DNA of 64,000 nt from Camelus ferus (GCF_009834535.1 NC_045698.1:8372001-8436000), one strand, 5' to 3'. Numbered from the stretch's first letter, positions 13,471 to 27,339 are shown. Notes: generated by a model not told the origin, from the sequence alone. A program made the numbers and translations.

Positions 13471-16400
13471 ATACATCACTGGGCCCAGGTCTTACTCTCT
13501 GTGTCTCTGTCACCTGTGAATCCCCGCCCCCCTATATCTGGAGCCTGGAATTCTTCCAGGTTCCAGACGACACTCAGCCCAGTGGCTTTGATATGCACTC
13601 CAGCACCTCCTAATGCCAAATGCCTGCATGGTCCATCTGGTGCTCAGGGCACACCAAGCCCAGGAGGGCCCGGATGAGCTGCTTATGGCTACAGAAAACA
13701 GAACCTATTAACCAACATTCGGTCTGCTTGACACCGTCTCGTGCCAGAGATGAAGGCCAGCTCTAAGTCGTGGTTCAGTGCTATTCATCCAGCCACCCCA
13801 GGAGTTCTGGGATGAGTGCCTGCCTGTGGGTAGATGTACACACGTTCATGTACACCTGTGTAGACTTGCATGTATCTTTCTAAAATAATTCTACTGTATA
13901 TAAACAATGAAAAATTAATGTTAAGGAAACTATGAAAAGTAAGTATCAGATTTTGGAATACCATATTTGCATTTCTTAGAAAATAACGTACTGCGTGTGT
14001 ATGTATATGTATAGACACGCATTGGCAGGTAGTTACTGATAATTATATTTTGGCAATGGAAAAAATCTGTTAAAAATAAATTTCCCATTGATTATATTAA
14101 TCATTACGTTTTGTTTGTACTATAAGGTTTGAATTATAATTCAAATGTAAATATTTTATCTTCCAATAGCCTGCTTGCAGATTTCACAACTGAAGAATTA
14201 ATGTGGCGCTTGTTCCAGATTTTCATTTATATTTTTAGAGATTATCACTAGATAATAGCAGATTTTCTTGAACCAATAATTTATGTTATTTTTTTTGAGA
14301 AAAAAAAATCTGTGCAAACAGCATCCATGTATAGTTTATATGAACATGCTTACATAATGCACAAGCATGACACATATCTTTCAAACACAACGTGGTATGG
14401 CTTATTTTATTCAGATGTGTAGGGAGAACATGGTAAAAAGTCCGACTCAGAACAGGAAGCAGCTTTAGCATTAATGTTAGGGAAAGACTCTACTAAAATT
14501 GTTCTGTGCTGTTTCCCAACCCCCAGGGACCCAGGCTATTCCCTATATTAAAGATTGCTTCATTAAATATATGAAAGTTTGCCTGCTGTAGTTGGCTTGT
14601 TCTGTAAGCTGCCTTTAATCACCTTTCCTTCTCTTATCCCAAAGCCTCTGTGCCTTGTATATGTAATCTACAGACAAAAATAGACTATTTTAAAAGTGAA
14701 ATAGTCATCATTATTTCAAAATAAAACTAAATTCAAAGTCCTCAAATGGATCCTTTAAAATCCAATAGCATCTAAATATGAGTAACTGGATCCTGTATAC
14801 TGGGTTTAAATTATAACACTCACTTAGAGAAAAAAATAAAATCCTTGTGCCTTCTTGCAGATTTACTGATAATTATCTACCATAAAACTCTGGTTAACGG
14901 ATCATGAACTTGCCCCTCTAACTCTCAATATACTTTAAAATGATGATTTCATATAGAAATTTATACAGAATACATTCTACTTTCCAAGTGAAGATTTACT
15001 TTAAATGATCAAAAATTAGATGAACCTACTTTCTTACCAACATAAAACACAATGAATATACTACACACTGGGGATAAAAGACTAGCCAGCTTAATATCAA
15101 ACACCAACAGAAAGCAAATACATCTAAAGAATTTCGCAGTAAACACAATAATAATAATATAAGATGATTCCAACTGTTTTCTTGAAAAGAGACCTTGTCA
15201 ATAAACAGAGATCTCAGTTATATTCATACTGGCTCCTGAAATGAACAGTTTTAGTCGATTTTGGTTTAGTCCAACCATCCGAAATGGTACAATTGATTGG
15301 ATTGATCATGCAGTTAAAATGGCTAAGATGGTAACACTGACTGCGGTTCTGTCCAGCGCTTTCTAGAAAAACGTGGCCTTGACAGTGGCAATACTATCAC
15401 CACAAAAGCAGAGCCCTGAAAGCTTTCCCACACTCAGACAACCATATCTTCTTAAGCATTCCTTTATATCCCGTCTACTCCAAAAAGGAATTGAGACAGT
15501 TAAGGAGCTGAGATCAAGGAGAAAAAGATCTAGGGGAAAAAAAAAAAAAAAAAGAACACACTAGCAAATAATATTTGTATCTTTCGCATTTACTTCAGAA
15601 TGATTGAAATGGCCATTCTACTCCAAAATATGTAAGATTTTCACTTCTTAAAATCTGTTTTTTCATTGTTGATATTTTCCATCTACTGTGACTATGTCCT
15701 TCAAAGTAACATTAACGAAATGACAGGCTGATTTTTGGCACCATAAGGAGAATATTTCCTGGCAAACTGCTCCCACTGAATGAGAATGAGAAACTTAAAT
15801 TACCCTGTTGGTCCCTGAAAATTTTCCAGTGTAAATATTCCTTCCTCCAGGCAGTGTGTGGGACTTTTAACCTCCAGGCAGACTGCTCTTTCTTTTACAG
15901 GAAAAAATGCCAAATCAGGAGAAGGATGCATTTGGGAACTTGCAATGGATTATTTTTGTTTCTTGATAAGCTGGTAAAGAAGTGAAAAGTAAGGACACCC
16001 AACCCTTTGTGCATTGAGTGTTTACTGTGTGTTAGATTCAGAGCCAGAGGCTTTAAGGTAAGATTTCATGGAGCCTCAGAGAAGGTCTACAGTTCTTCTT
16101 TTTTACACACAAAGATGGTGCAGTTCAGCAACTGTACATGTCTTCATTTCTAATCCATTAATTAATATCTAATAAACCTCTACAAGGTATCTGGCACACC
16201 TCTGTGGTGATACAGACCAAGAAAGACAGAAATGGTCCCTCCCTGCCTTCTCTTTCACTGGAAGAGACAGAGAATAAGAGTTAAATACAGATTTAGAATT
16301 ACACATTTGAGTCACTGCATGGAGGAATTCATTAAGTCACAAGGATCTTTTAAAGAGTTTGCATTTGAGCTTGGATTTAAAAGAGAAGGGGGAAATCACT

Positions 16401-16627
16401 AGCCTAGAACTGGATGAGTTCTCATGGTGCAAAATTGTGTTTACTCTTGCATGTGTGTTTCTGTGTGTCTGTGTCTGTGTGTGTACAGGGATAATCAAGA
16501 GGAGAATATAATATGAATCAGATTCAGGTATGAATTCAAACAAACATAACAAACAGAAAATCTTGACAGTCAGGAGAGTGAAAGAAAATATAATAAGCAG
16601 TAATAAAAAGTGTATATATTTGGTATA

Positions 16628-17169
16628 CAATAGCCAAGACATGGAAGCAATCTAAATGTCCATCGACAGATAACTGGATAAAGAAGTTGTGGTACACTTA
16701 TACAATGGAATACTACTCAGCCATAAAAAAGAATAAAATAATGCCATTTGCAGCAACATGGATGGACCTAGAGATTGTCATTCTAAATGAAATAGGCCAG
16801 AAAGAGAAAGAAAAATACCATATATCACTTATATGTGGAATCTAAAAAAAAGAGAATAAAAGGATACTATGAACTCATCTACAAAACAGAAACAGATTTG
16901 CAGACATAGTAAACAATCTTACAGTTACCAAGGAAAGGTGGTGGGTAGGGATAAATTTGGGAGTTTGAGATTTGCAAATGTTAGCTACTATACATAAAAA
17001 TAGATTTAAAAAAAGACAAATTTCTTCTCTATAGTACAGGGAACTATATTCAATATCTTGTAATAACCTTTAATGAAAATGAATACATGTATGTATATGC
17101 ATGACTGGGACATTGCGCTGTACACCAGAAATTGACACATTGTAACTGACTACACTTCAATTTTTTTTT
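16628..17169 (+). mobile_element. 5'-truncated LINE-1 (ORF2 end plus 3'UTR) with TSD
   Basis: CAATAGCCAAGACATGGAAGCAATCTAAATGTCCATCGACAGA...TGACTACACTTCAA. Flanked by a ~20-bp TSD AAGTGTATA(T/C)ATTTGG(T/A)ATA at 16608-16627 and 17170-17189. Confidence 0.95.
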
Positions 17170-17628
17170 AAGTGTATACATTTGGAATAAAATCTTATGA
17201 AAATTAGGTAAGAATGGTTGGAGCATACTATATTAGCAATTCTTAGGAGAAGAAAAAAGATTATGCCTTGACCAAGACTGAACACTCAGAAATACAAGAA
17301 CTCTCAGGCCAACTCCTTAATTCTAAAGAAGTAGCTCACATGGAATGGCTTGTTGGCAGGAAAGAGGTACAAACACGAAATCTATCTCTACAGATGAGTA
17401 AAAATACTGAACAACATTACATAAGACAACATGGAACTCCTTGTAATACTGACAATCCTGTCATTTTATTCACTGACAAAATATATTGTGTAGGTTGTAT
17501 TTTGTTAAGGAGATTTAATTTCAGATGCAACTTTGTTGAATGTAATTTCAAATATAAAATTAAAAAGAGACATAAGAAATGGAGTAATAATGCTCAGAAA
17601 AATTTATATTTATTAAGACTAATTTTTA

Positions 17629-17852
17629 GGGGGGTGGGAAGGGATAGACTGGGATTTCAAAATTATAGAATAGATAAGCAAGATTATACTGTATAGCACA
17701 GGGAAATATACACAAAATCTTATGGTAGCTCACAGAGAAAAAAATGTGACAATGAATATATATATGTTCATGTATAACTGAAAAATTGTGCTCTACACTG
17801 GAATTTGACACAACATTGTAAAATGATTATAAATCAATAAAAAATGTTAAAA
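17629..17852 (+). mobile_element. short 5'-truncated young LINE-1 3'UTR with TSD
   Basis: GGGTGGGAAGGGATAGACTGGG...AATCAATAAAAAATGTTAAAA. 14-bp TSD AAGA(C/G)TAATTTTTA at 17615-17628 and 17853-17866. Same subfamily as the copy at 60381-60944. Confidence 0.95.
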
Positions 17853-18479
17853 AAGAGTAATTTTTAAAAGTGTTTTCATGATTTTGGTTTAGATGACAAT
17901 AGAAAAGGAAAATAAAATGATTCTTCTCCAGTTAAGGAAAATTAACAGGAGGAAATTTGCAATGATAGCTGACTTCTCTCCCCCAATATTGCAGGTGTTT
18001 CAAATTTTTACAAAAAAAAAAAAAATTCCAAAATAAAACTCAGAGATCTAATTACCATGGCTAAATCTGTAACTATCAATTGAATATTCATTCAACAGAC
18101 ATCTATTTAGAGTCTACATTCATGCCAGGTGCTACACTTAAAGGTGCATGTAGTCTACTAATTTTCTATTTTTAGAAGCAAAATCAAACAAAAAATCCAG
18201 CCATAATAACAGCAACAACAAAAAACAAACTACAATTAACTTTAGCAAAATGCATTGAAAATAGCATACAGATAAACAAGCACATGGCTGAAATCATTAC
18301 AACATAAAAGGAGATAAAAATATTTAATCAATGACACTTACAAAATGGCTATGAATCAGTATGTCCTTTGTTTCTTACTTCTAATATTCATAGGAAAGGG
18401 ATTTTGTCCTCAAAAATTCCACCAACTTTTTTGTTAGGATGATTCGGGGAAAATATTTGTCTAAAGCTTTTATTGGAAG

Positions 18480-19765
18480 GCCACATATTTGTAAATGGTC
18501 AATTGATATTCAACAGAGGGTCACTTCAATTCAATGGGAAAAGGATAATGTTTTCAACAAATGGTGCTGGAACAACTGGGAAACCACATGCAAAAATAAA
18601 AAAGGAAAAATAATAAATCTCAGTCCTACCATTGTATCACACCATTAAAAATTAATTAAATGAACCATAGAGTTAAATATGGAACCTAAAACTATAAAAC
18701 TTGTACAGGAAAATATGAGAAAAATTTTGTGACCAAGGGTTAGACAAAGATTTCTTTATAATGAACTACACAATAAAATATGCATATATTGGAATTCATC
18801 AAAAGTATAAGCTTTTGCTCTTCAAAAGACATTGTTAAAAATGTAAAGGGGAATCACAGATTGAAAAAACATATTTGCAAGACACGGATCTGATATAGGA
18901 CTTGTCTCCAGAATATATGAAGAACTCTTATGCAATCGTAATGATAACACAAACAACTCAATTTAAAAGATGAGCAAATGATTTGGCTGAGCATTCCAAA
19001 AAAAATAAGATATATGGATGATAAATGTATTTACAGAAGATGCCCAACATATTTCATCTTTGGAGAAATGCAAATTAAAATCACATTGAGATACTACAAC
19101 AATCCTCTAGATTTGCTAAACTGTAAAAGACTGATATATTAAGTGTGGAAGGAGAGCAGTGGATGCTCCCAAGCTACCAGGGGGGGAGCAAAAGTGGACA
19201 GCCACTTGGAAACAGTTTGGTGGTTCCCTAAAACAGACAAACAAACAAACAAGCAAACAAACATACTTAACATATGACCCAGCAGTTCAAACTCTAGGTA
19301 TCTGCCTAAGACAGCGGAAACATGTCCACACTAAGCCCTGTTCTTGGATGTTCATACCGCTTTATTCACAATCACAAAAAAATGGAAATAACTGGTGACT
19401 GGATAAACAAATACAAAAGGAAAACTGGTGGGAAAAAAGGGAACATATCATTGATACACTCAATTGTATGGATGAATCTCAAAAGTATCATGCTAACTAA
19501 AAGAAATCATACACGAAAGAATAAATATTCTGGGTCTATTTTCACGAAAAGACACAACTACAGTGACAGAAGACAGATCAAAGGGTGCCAGGGGTAAGGG
19601 GGTGGTGGGAAGGGGCACAGGGAACTTTTCAGGGTGATGGGAAGGTTTCCTATCATGACTGTGGTGGTGGTTACATGACTGAATACAGCTGCCAAAGCTC
19701 CTCAAATTAGATCCTTAAGATAGTTCGCTTTTATGATTTGTAAATTATACTTCAATAAATCCAAC
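18480..19765 (+). mobile_element. old LINE-1 (L1MC/L1MD-type) ORF2 end plus 3'UTR
   Basis: ORF 18439-18648 contains WEKDNVFNKWCWNNW (L1 ORF2p). The element ends TGTAAATTATACTTCAATAAA. Confidence 0.9.
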
Positions 19766-20431
19766 AAAAACATTTAAAAGCATAGATGTTTGCAACAGAG
19801 TTTAGAGTCTAGATACAGGTTTAATTTTTTGGATACTAATTCAGACACAGAATTAATTTTTTCCACCTTAAAATTACAAGAATATTATTTTTACCCCAAA
19901 TATATATTCCAGAGGAACGCAGCTGAATACAATTCTAAGTAAAATGCTATCATCTGTGTGAACATAAGCATGATCATCCATCCTCTTCCAGAATGTATGT
20001 TTCCCTTGTGACTATCCTCTGGCCAGTCAGCTACTGCCAAAGAGAGGAAGGCAACGTGGAAGTTAATGCAGCTTCTTTCAGTAATACAAAACACAAGGGG
20101 AAAATATTAGGAAGACGAGGAATCAGGTTCCTTAAGGTAATGAGGCTCAGGTTTATGGTCCAGCTGTAGCACAGGAGAGATGCGTATGAGTACACTGACC
20201 ACCTGAAAATCAGTTAGACTCACCCCAACACAGGGTGAAGGTCAGCAGCAAGGTCCCAGGCCAGGGCATGAAAGGTGGTTTCTGTGATGATGTGGGAGGA
20301 GGATCGACAATGAGGATGGTGAGAAGACTGATGAGATAACCTCAGGGATGAGATTTAAAAAAAAACCTCTACAACAAAAACTTACTAGTCTCTTCAATTA
20401 ACATCAACTAATTGCATTGGTGTCCATCTCT

Positions 20432-21206
20432 CTTTAATTTTTGCAATTTTTTAAAACTGAAGTTTACAGTTTACAATGCTGTGTCAATTTCTGGTGTACA
20501 ACATAATGTTTCAGTCACACATATACTTGAATACATATATTCATTTTCATATTCCTTTTCACTACAGGTTACTACAGGGTATTGAACATAGTTGCCTGTG
20601 CTATACAGTATAAATTTGCTGTTTATCTATTTTATATATAGTAGCTGTTATCTGCAATCTTGAGCTCCCAATTTATCCCTCCCACCCCCTCTCCCTGCTG
20701 ATAAACATAAGTTTGTTTCCTACAATTGTGAGTCTTTTTCTGTTTTGTAGATAAGTTCATCACTGTCTTCTTTTTTCTTTTTTCAGATTGATGAATGATA
20801 TCATATGGTATTTTTCTCTCTCTTCCTGACTTACTTCACTTAGAATGATGATCTCCAGACCCATCCATATTGCTGCAAATGGCATTATTTTATTCTTTTT
20901 TATGGCTGACTAGGGTTCCATTGTATAAATGTACCCCAACTTCTTTATCTAGTCATCTGTCGATGGACATTTAGGTTATTTCTATGTCTTGGCTATTGTA
21001 AATAGTGCTGCTATGAACATTGGCGTGCACATGTCTTTTTGAATTAGAGTTCCCTCCAGGTGTATGCCCAGGAGTGGGATTGCTGGATCATATGGTTAGT
21101 CTGTTTTTAGTTTTTTCCATACTGTTTTCCATAATGGCTGCACCAAACAACATTCCCATCAACCGTGTAGGAGGGTTCCTTTTCTCCACACCCTCTCCAG
21201 CATTTA
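20432..21206 (-). mobile_element. 5'-truncated LINE-1 with TSD
   Basis: Antisense L1 3'UTR/ORF2 end (GTCATCTGTCGATGGACATTTAGGTT...GGGATTGCTGGATCATATGG). TSD G(G/A)TGTCCATCTCT at 20419-20431 and 21207-21219. Confidence 0.95.
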
Positions 21207-21739
21207 GATGTCCATCTCTTGGCGGGTCTGCTCAAAGACTTGGCATCTCCAGTTTTCTACCGTTAGAGTTCAAGGTCTTGCCCACGACATCATGAAGGAA
21301 GAACTGTCTTCATCTCTGCTGGGGAGGGTCAGTCTGCCTTTCTCCAACTCTCTTCACTTGAGAAAGCTTCCACTGCAGCAAGCAACCAACCAGCCCAAGA
21401 AACTTGTGAAGTAAGATAAATTGATCCTATCGGAGGATGTTTGCGACCAGCCCACTGCACTGCGAACGTTATTGGAATCAGATTCAAAATCCTAGATATG
21501 ATACAAAAGTACCGAGCATTCGGAATGGATCTCACAAATGTCTAATCATGAATCATAAGTAGACCTTAGACCAGTCCATGGGACGCCCCCTCTGGCCACC
21601 TACACCTCAGACCAGTGCTACAAACAACCAGGGGCTTATGGTCATTGGCACATATCAGGAAGTGAGAACAAATACGAGTGTAAAGCCAAAATCTAGTAGT
21701 ATAGAACAAGGTGAAGGCAAATAACATCCAGACAAATAT

Positions 21740-21772
21740 TATATATATATATATATACACATATATATATAT
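21740..21772. repeat. (TA)n microsatellite, interrupted
   Basis: Directly visible. Confidence 0.9.
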
Positions 21773-22596
21773 TTTAACTTTAATATTCTACTGACCAATA
21801 TAGAATGGTATTATCAGCCTCTTTAAAAGACTGAATACAAAGTGATATCAGAAACCTAACATGAAATAAACCTTGACGCCATAATGCAAATGAAACCCAA
21901 CTACAATCTAAAACACATTGGTTATGGGGCTGTTCTACTGCCAATGCAGCAAAAGGACACTTTTCTTCCATCCAAGTCTTTTGTTACATGTTGATACCAA
22001 CTTGCCTACCTTCCCCCAAACATTCAGTACTGTTTATCTCTTATTCCACATGATTGCGTATTTCAGGCTGACTGCTTGTTGCAGCCTCCTGATTATCGCA
22101 TCTAAAGGTTTTAATTGCATTGTCTTTAAAAGTGAACACTATAGCATGTGTGATATTTAGTAATTAGGTAAAAACTAAAATATCAGCTTACAGGTAAGCC
22201 ATTTGCATAATTCATTGAGATTACATAAAACACTATCATATTAGGAATGTACACATTGCTAATTACAAAATTACATTCCATCAACCATCAGAAATTGAAG
22301 AGTCAGGGTATTTAAGACACTTAACATGTTGTTAAGTGGTTGGGTCTTGGAACATGGTTGCGGTTTTGCTAGACACTCTGACTTTGTCTCTGGTGGCTGC
22401 CACTTTAGAGTTACTGTTGTCTCTTTAGGGTAGCAAGGCAGCCAGATGAGCACGACCTCAGATACAGGAAGCGCTGACACTGCATGTCCCACCCACAAAA
22501 ATACACTGGCTTGCGCTGTTTATAAAATGAAATATTTGCTCTGGACTATGCATTAAGCTTTACATGCAAATAGAAAAGTAAAAGCATGGTTAAGTT

Positions 22597-22622
<26 letters not shown>
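22597..22622. repeat. (TC)13 microsatellite
   Basis: Directly visible, followed by a short (CA)n. Confidence 0.95.
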
Positions 22623-22627
<5 letters not shown>

Positions 22628-23579
22628 TACACACACAAAACAGCCATTGGTGTTTTTATCTAAAAGTCATGCATAATTGTTCTTCTCCTTATTTGGTGTG
22701 CTGGAAGATCTTTCACTATTTCTGTTAAGCCAGGAACCTGTTTTATCCATTTTTAGCTGCCAGATAGAGGATAGATGGTGAATAAAATGTGCATTAATTT
22801 GCAGAGGTGTTTGGAAAGCATTTGAAAAATTACTGGTGATCACCAGGCTCCAGAATTGGGTCACAAAGAGCAAGTGCCATAATGCAGCTCTTTTGTCTTT
22901 TTGATGGATGTATTAGCATTGGAAGAACTAGGGAATTTTGGGAAAACAGTGCTTCTGGACTTAGGCAGCTGAGAAGTCTGTTCATTGTCTCCTGGAGTGC
23001 CCTTCTCACTCTCATCATTTCTGATCATTCTTCAAGACCTGTCCAGATGCCGCCAACTCTGCAAAGCAGACCCTCGCTAATCCAGGTGGAGTCCCCCGCA
23101 GCGGTTCAGTAGTTCGTGAGAACAGGTGTTCTCCACTGTGTCGTTTTATCAGGTGTGCACCTGAGTGCTTTTCATAATTTGTTTTAACACCAGCTTCCCC
23201 AACTAGAACGTGATCCAGAATAGAAGGTTTGGCCCACATTAAGGTATCAAAAGATATTTGTAGACAGCTGTAGCTGAATTCTCTATACAAAATTTTTTTT
23301 AGTTTACTATGGTCACAGTAGATACAGGCTGATACTTAACACCTACATGGAAATGATACCTACTATTTCAAATGACAGGGAGTTACCTTACAGCATCCAA
23401 CTGACTTTCTTATTAACTTGTGACTTGGCTCAGGATAGCAATTAAATTCTAAAAGATGAAATTTAATCACGATAAATGAAAAAGTCCTAATTTCAGGGTA
23501 AAATATTTTATGGTCCAGGATCAAGATACTGAAGCTTAATATCATAACATGCATAGAATTCTACAAATTAGTGGGAAAT

Positions 23580-23810
23580 AGTCATTGAGCACTTTTTATA
23601 CATTAGTTTAAGAGCTAAGCATTTTACAAGCATCACTTAGCTCGATCTTCATAACACTAAAGTAGTAATATTAGAATCTGAAAGTAAATGTTGAGGCAGT
23701 GAAACTGGAGGGCTTAAGGAAGCCACCCATCGTCACACAATGTGAGACACAACGTGGAGTGGGATCCTTGGCTCTCCAGGTCCAAAGCCCACGATCTAGA
23801 TCAATATGCC
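23580..23810 (-). mobile_element. MIR SINE relic
   Basis: CATTGAGCACTTT...GCTAAGCATTTTACA...TCTTCATAACAC...GAAACTGGAGG...TCCAAAGCCCAC, the antisense MIR layout. Confidence 0.65.
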
Positions 23811-25081
23811 TTACTGATTCTCAAAGAAGTCTAGGTGTGACATGACCCCTAAAAATATTATAACTTTATGCTACGCTAATAGACAGACTAAGAAGAGTGA
23901 TTGTTCTTCACTACTTTTTGTTCATTATAGAATTATGGTTATCCAAGTTACAGTGTCTCTGTGATGGTAAAGTATCTAAAAAAAAATGGTTACAACTTTA
24001 GAGAAAACTTGGAAGGACATGACCGCCATCTTGAAAGAGCTGGAGCTCTGGCCTTTGCAATGGGACTTTTTAGTTTCAGTACGACTCCAGAAGGTGGGAC
24101 ACGAACCAATAGGAAAAACTACTTAGCAATCACAAGTGCCCCAAAACAGAACAGCCTGATTTGTGAAATAGGAAACTCCTCTACCTCTAAATAGGAAAAT
24201 ACTATCCAAAGGAAGAGTATTCCTTTGGAAGGTAGATGGTGCAGGTTCAGAGGGCTGCACCTGCCCAGCAGATCTGACCACGTGACCCCAGAGTCCCCCG
24301 CCACACTAAGTGTCTGTCATTCTATGTGCATCGATGACTCAGTTAGCAGAACAAATGGAAATGTGAAAGCTAGGACTTCAAACACTAGTTTCCATGGCAG
24401 TATTTTTGAAAAATGCCTATCAAGCATTTCTTTGAATTACTGAACAGCAGCTATACTCTCATTGCCTAACCTAGAAAAGTTAGAAAGAAAGAAAAAAAAA
24501 AAAAACCCTATACACAAGTCAATAAGCCTGAAGTCAAAAAAGATAGAGAAGATGGGACAGATCTCTCTGGTGCACAGTGGGACAGCTGTTCTCCACGGGT
24601 GGTACAAGAACTCCCGGCATGTCTTTAAAATTCTCCAGGCTGCTCAGCTCCCTCAGAGTGATAATGGTATCTGTGTGGAAGTAACAGAAGTATTTCCACC
24701 TCTAAAACAAAACAGTTTGAATTTATCAAAAAGCAAAAAACAAACCCCAAAAAACAAGTAGCCTTTAAAGGAGATCATGACAAGAACTGAGTAATAGCAC
24801 TGGCTGGTTTTGCTCGTTCACAGTGTTATCTATTTTATGTTTTATTTGAAGGCACAAGCTGTTTACACCTGAACACCTGTTTAATTTATTTTTTTAATGT
24901 AGAGTCAGTCCCCAAATCAAACAGGCTATGATATGTCATACTATCATTTAACTGTTTAAAAAGAGACTAAATTAATTGAAAGTTAAAATATTTTAGTTTT
25001 TATAGAAGAAAATGTAGAATGTACCTGCATATTTTCCCCTCCGTTAAACTCTTATTGTTGGTCTATGAAAGGTCACTCTTT

Positions 25082-25114
<33 letters not shown>

Positions 25115-25127
25115 CTGTGTGTGTGTG
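25082..25127. repeat. (TG)n microsatellite, imperfect
   Basis: Directly visible. Confidence 0.95.
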
Positions 25128-25169
25128 CTTTAGTCATCCTCCTCTTCATCTTCTCTGCTTGATTCAACC

Positions 25170-26300
25170 CCCTCTTCCCTCACAGTGACTCACCCAAGTG
25201 TAATTAACCTACATTCTTCTAATTCATTCTCCATATGGTTATCTACTTCTATGTGTATCTTTGAAAAAGATATATTATGTCTTTTAATTCTGTTTCCTTT
25301 TTTTTACCTAACATTACACTTCTACGTCCAAAGAGACTTAACTCATTTCTTGGGGTCCATGCAGAGCTCTCCATGCAGTGCTTTCCCGTTCCCTGAGGCA
25401 CCTCTCTTGCTCTTTGCTATCCAGCGATGCTGTGACGCCGGCTATGCGTGGCTCCTTGTGCGCTAGGATAGTGTTCCTGGTAATATCCGCCCGAGGGGAC
25501 AGCAGAACACTGGGTAACACACAGAACGAATTTCATCCCATTCAGTCCCACTGGCTTCTGGAGGGGCTGAGCAGCACATCCCATCCAGGACTGCAGGTGG
25601 GATTCTGTTTTCCCTATTCTTGACAGCAGTTGATATCATCTGCGTTTTTCCAAACTGACTGGTATAAAGAGATAATGTTTTAAAATTTTTAAATCGCATG
25701 CACAAATTACTAAGAAGAGTTTCTCGTTTCTACTTCAGCAACTTGTTCAGTTAAATGCTTTGCCCATTTTTCCACAAGGATAAGCTCCTTTTAAAAATGT
25801 ATTTACATTGTTTCCCTATATATAGTAGGCATTAATTCTCTTCTAGCAAAGCTACCTGCCTTCTCTCAGTCTCTCAGATATAAGAGATTTCATACATCTC
25901 TTAAATTATTTCTCCACATTCTTCTTCACTGAATAGAAATACTAATTCTGATACAGTCGTATGATGTCAAGTCTTTTCCCTTAAGATTTTTGCTTTTCAG
26001 AAAAAAAAAAAAAAAAACTTGTCCAAGAAAGCTTTTCCTATCCTGATGTCATTAAGATACTCTCCACATTTTATTCTGCACGTTACAGGATTATCTGTCA
26101 CATTTAGGTCTTAAAACGTCAGAGCTTTTATACTCCCTTCCCATTGTCAGAGAAGTTTCCCTGAAGTTATATTACTTTTATCATATATCAAAATCGCATA
26201 TATTAAAGGGATCCTTTCTGGACGCTTCTGCAGCAGTGATCTGTTTTTTCTCTTCCTAAACATGCAGACATGGATTTTATTACTATGAAATTGTTCTCAT
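25170..26300 (-). mobile_element. highly degraded old LINE-1 (L1ME-type)
   Basis: Patchy antisense L1 motifs, e.g. TTTGCCCATTTTTCC and AAGAAAGCTTTTCCTATCCTGATGTCATTAAGATACTCTCC. Confidence 0.45.
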
Positions 26301-27339
26301 TATATGGTTAAAAAAAACAAGCCTTAATATTTTAATATGTTGAAGATACTTAATTTTAAAACATTCCATTCTCTATTTTACAACATCAAATAAAAACATT
26401 TCCGTCCTTGATAATATTCAAACTAATTAAGGGACACATTGTTAAGTTATTACAAAGACAACCACATATTTTTATCGATAAGGACTCTGTTCACCATATT
26501 TCCTCCGAAGCATAAATGTTTATTTTTAATATAAGGGGATGTTTTATAAGGTTTGACGTTTTTTACAACTGAAATCTGATGCCAAGGCACGGTTTTCACA
26601 TTTCTAAAAGAAAACGAATGGACAAGATAATGCTGAAGGTCTGTTTAAGCTCTTAAAATTTTATGAGCCTATAAAAATCACCCAAAGAGAAATTTCAGTG
26701 AAGAAAGACAATTCCCATGTCTCTATTTCTGGACAGGTTTCCTAGAAGGTAGGCTTTTCTCAGGCATTCACCTTCATGCTTCGTCTCAAGCCGAAGATCA
26801 TATGCAGACTAGCTGAGGGTATAAAACACCCTTCGCTCCAAAGCTGGTTGATGAAAAATGAAATTGCTAAAACAACACAGAACAATGAAATTTTCTGTTG
26901 AATTAATATCAACTAACGTTACATGCTGCTAGACCGAGGACAAGCAATTTAATAAAATAAGAGCTAAAAGACTTAGGCATACCTTATCAAATCAAATATG
27001 TATTTCTAAAATGGTACTGTCTAAATATATTCTTAGGAATCAAATTTATGTAGGGACAAAAAGATACCCTCCTGTTAGTCTAAACACAATAGAGCATTTT
27101 ATTGAAATATTTCCTTCTGAGATCTCAGGAAGAAAACAGTACATGACTTTTAGTGCATATTATTTTATATTATTTCAAAAATATTACAGGTAAAATAACT
27201 TATGATAATAGTGGTAACTTATAATTATGCCAGTTTTCCCTTCAGACAAAACTGAGTTTCTTCAGATATTTTAGAGGAAATTTATAGTAATTTTCAAAAA
27301 ATATAAAAATTTTATTTAGGGGCATTAAAATAACTATTT

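Noticed and set aside
17268..17696. 142-aa plus-strand ORF
   Set aside because: Non-ATG start, AT-rich, runs into an L1 3'UTR, and no homology recognised.
21581..21600. CTCF-like GGCCAGAGGGGGCGTC (minus strand)
   Set aside because: Only the 3' half of the core aligns and the 5' CCASY register is shifted. The similar partial motif near 492-506 was also rejected.
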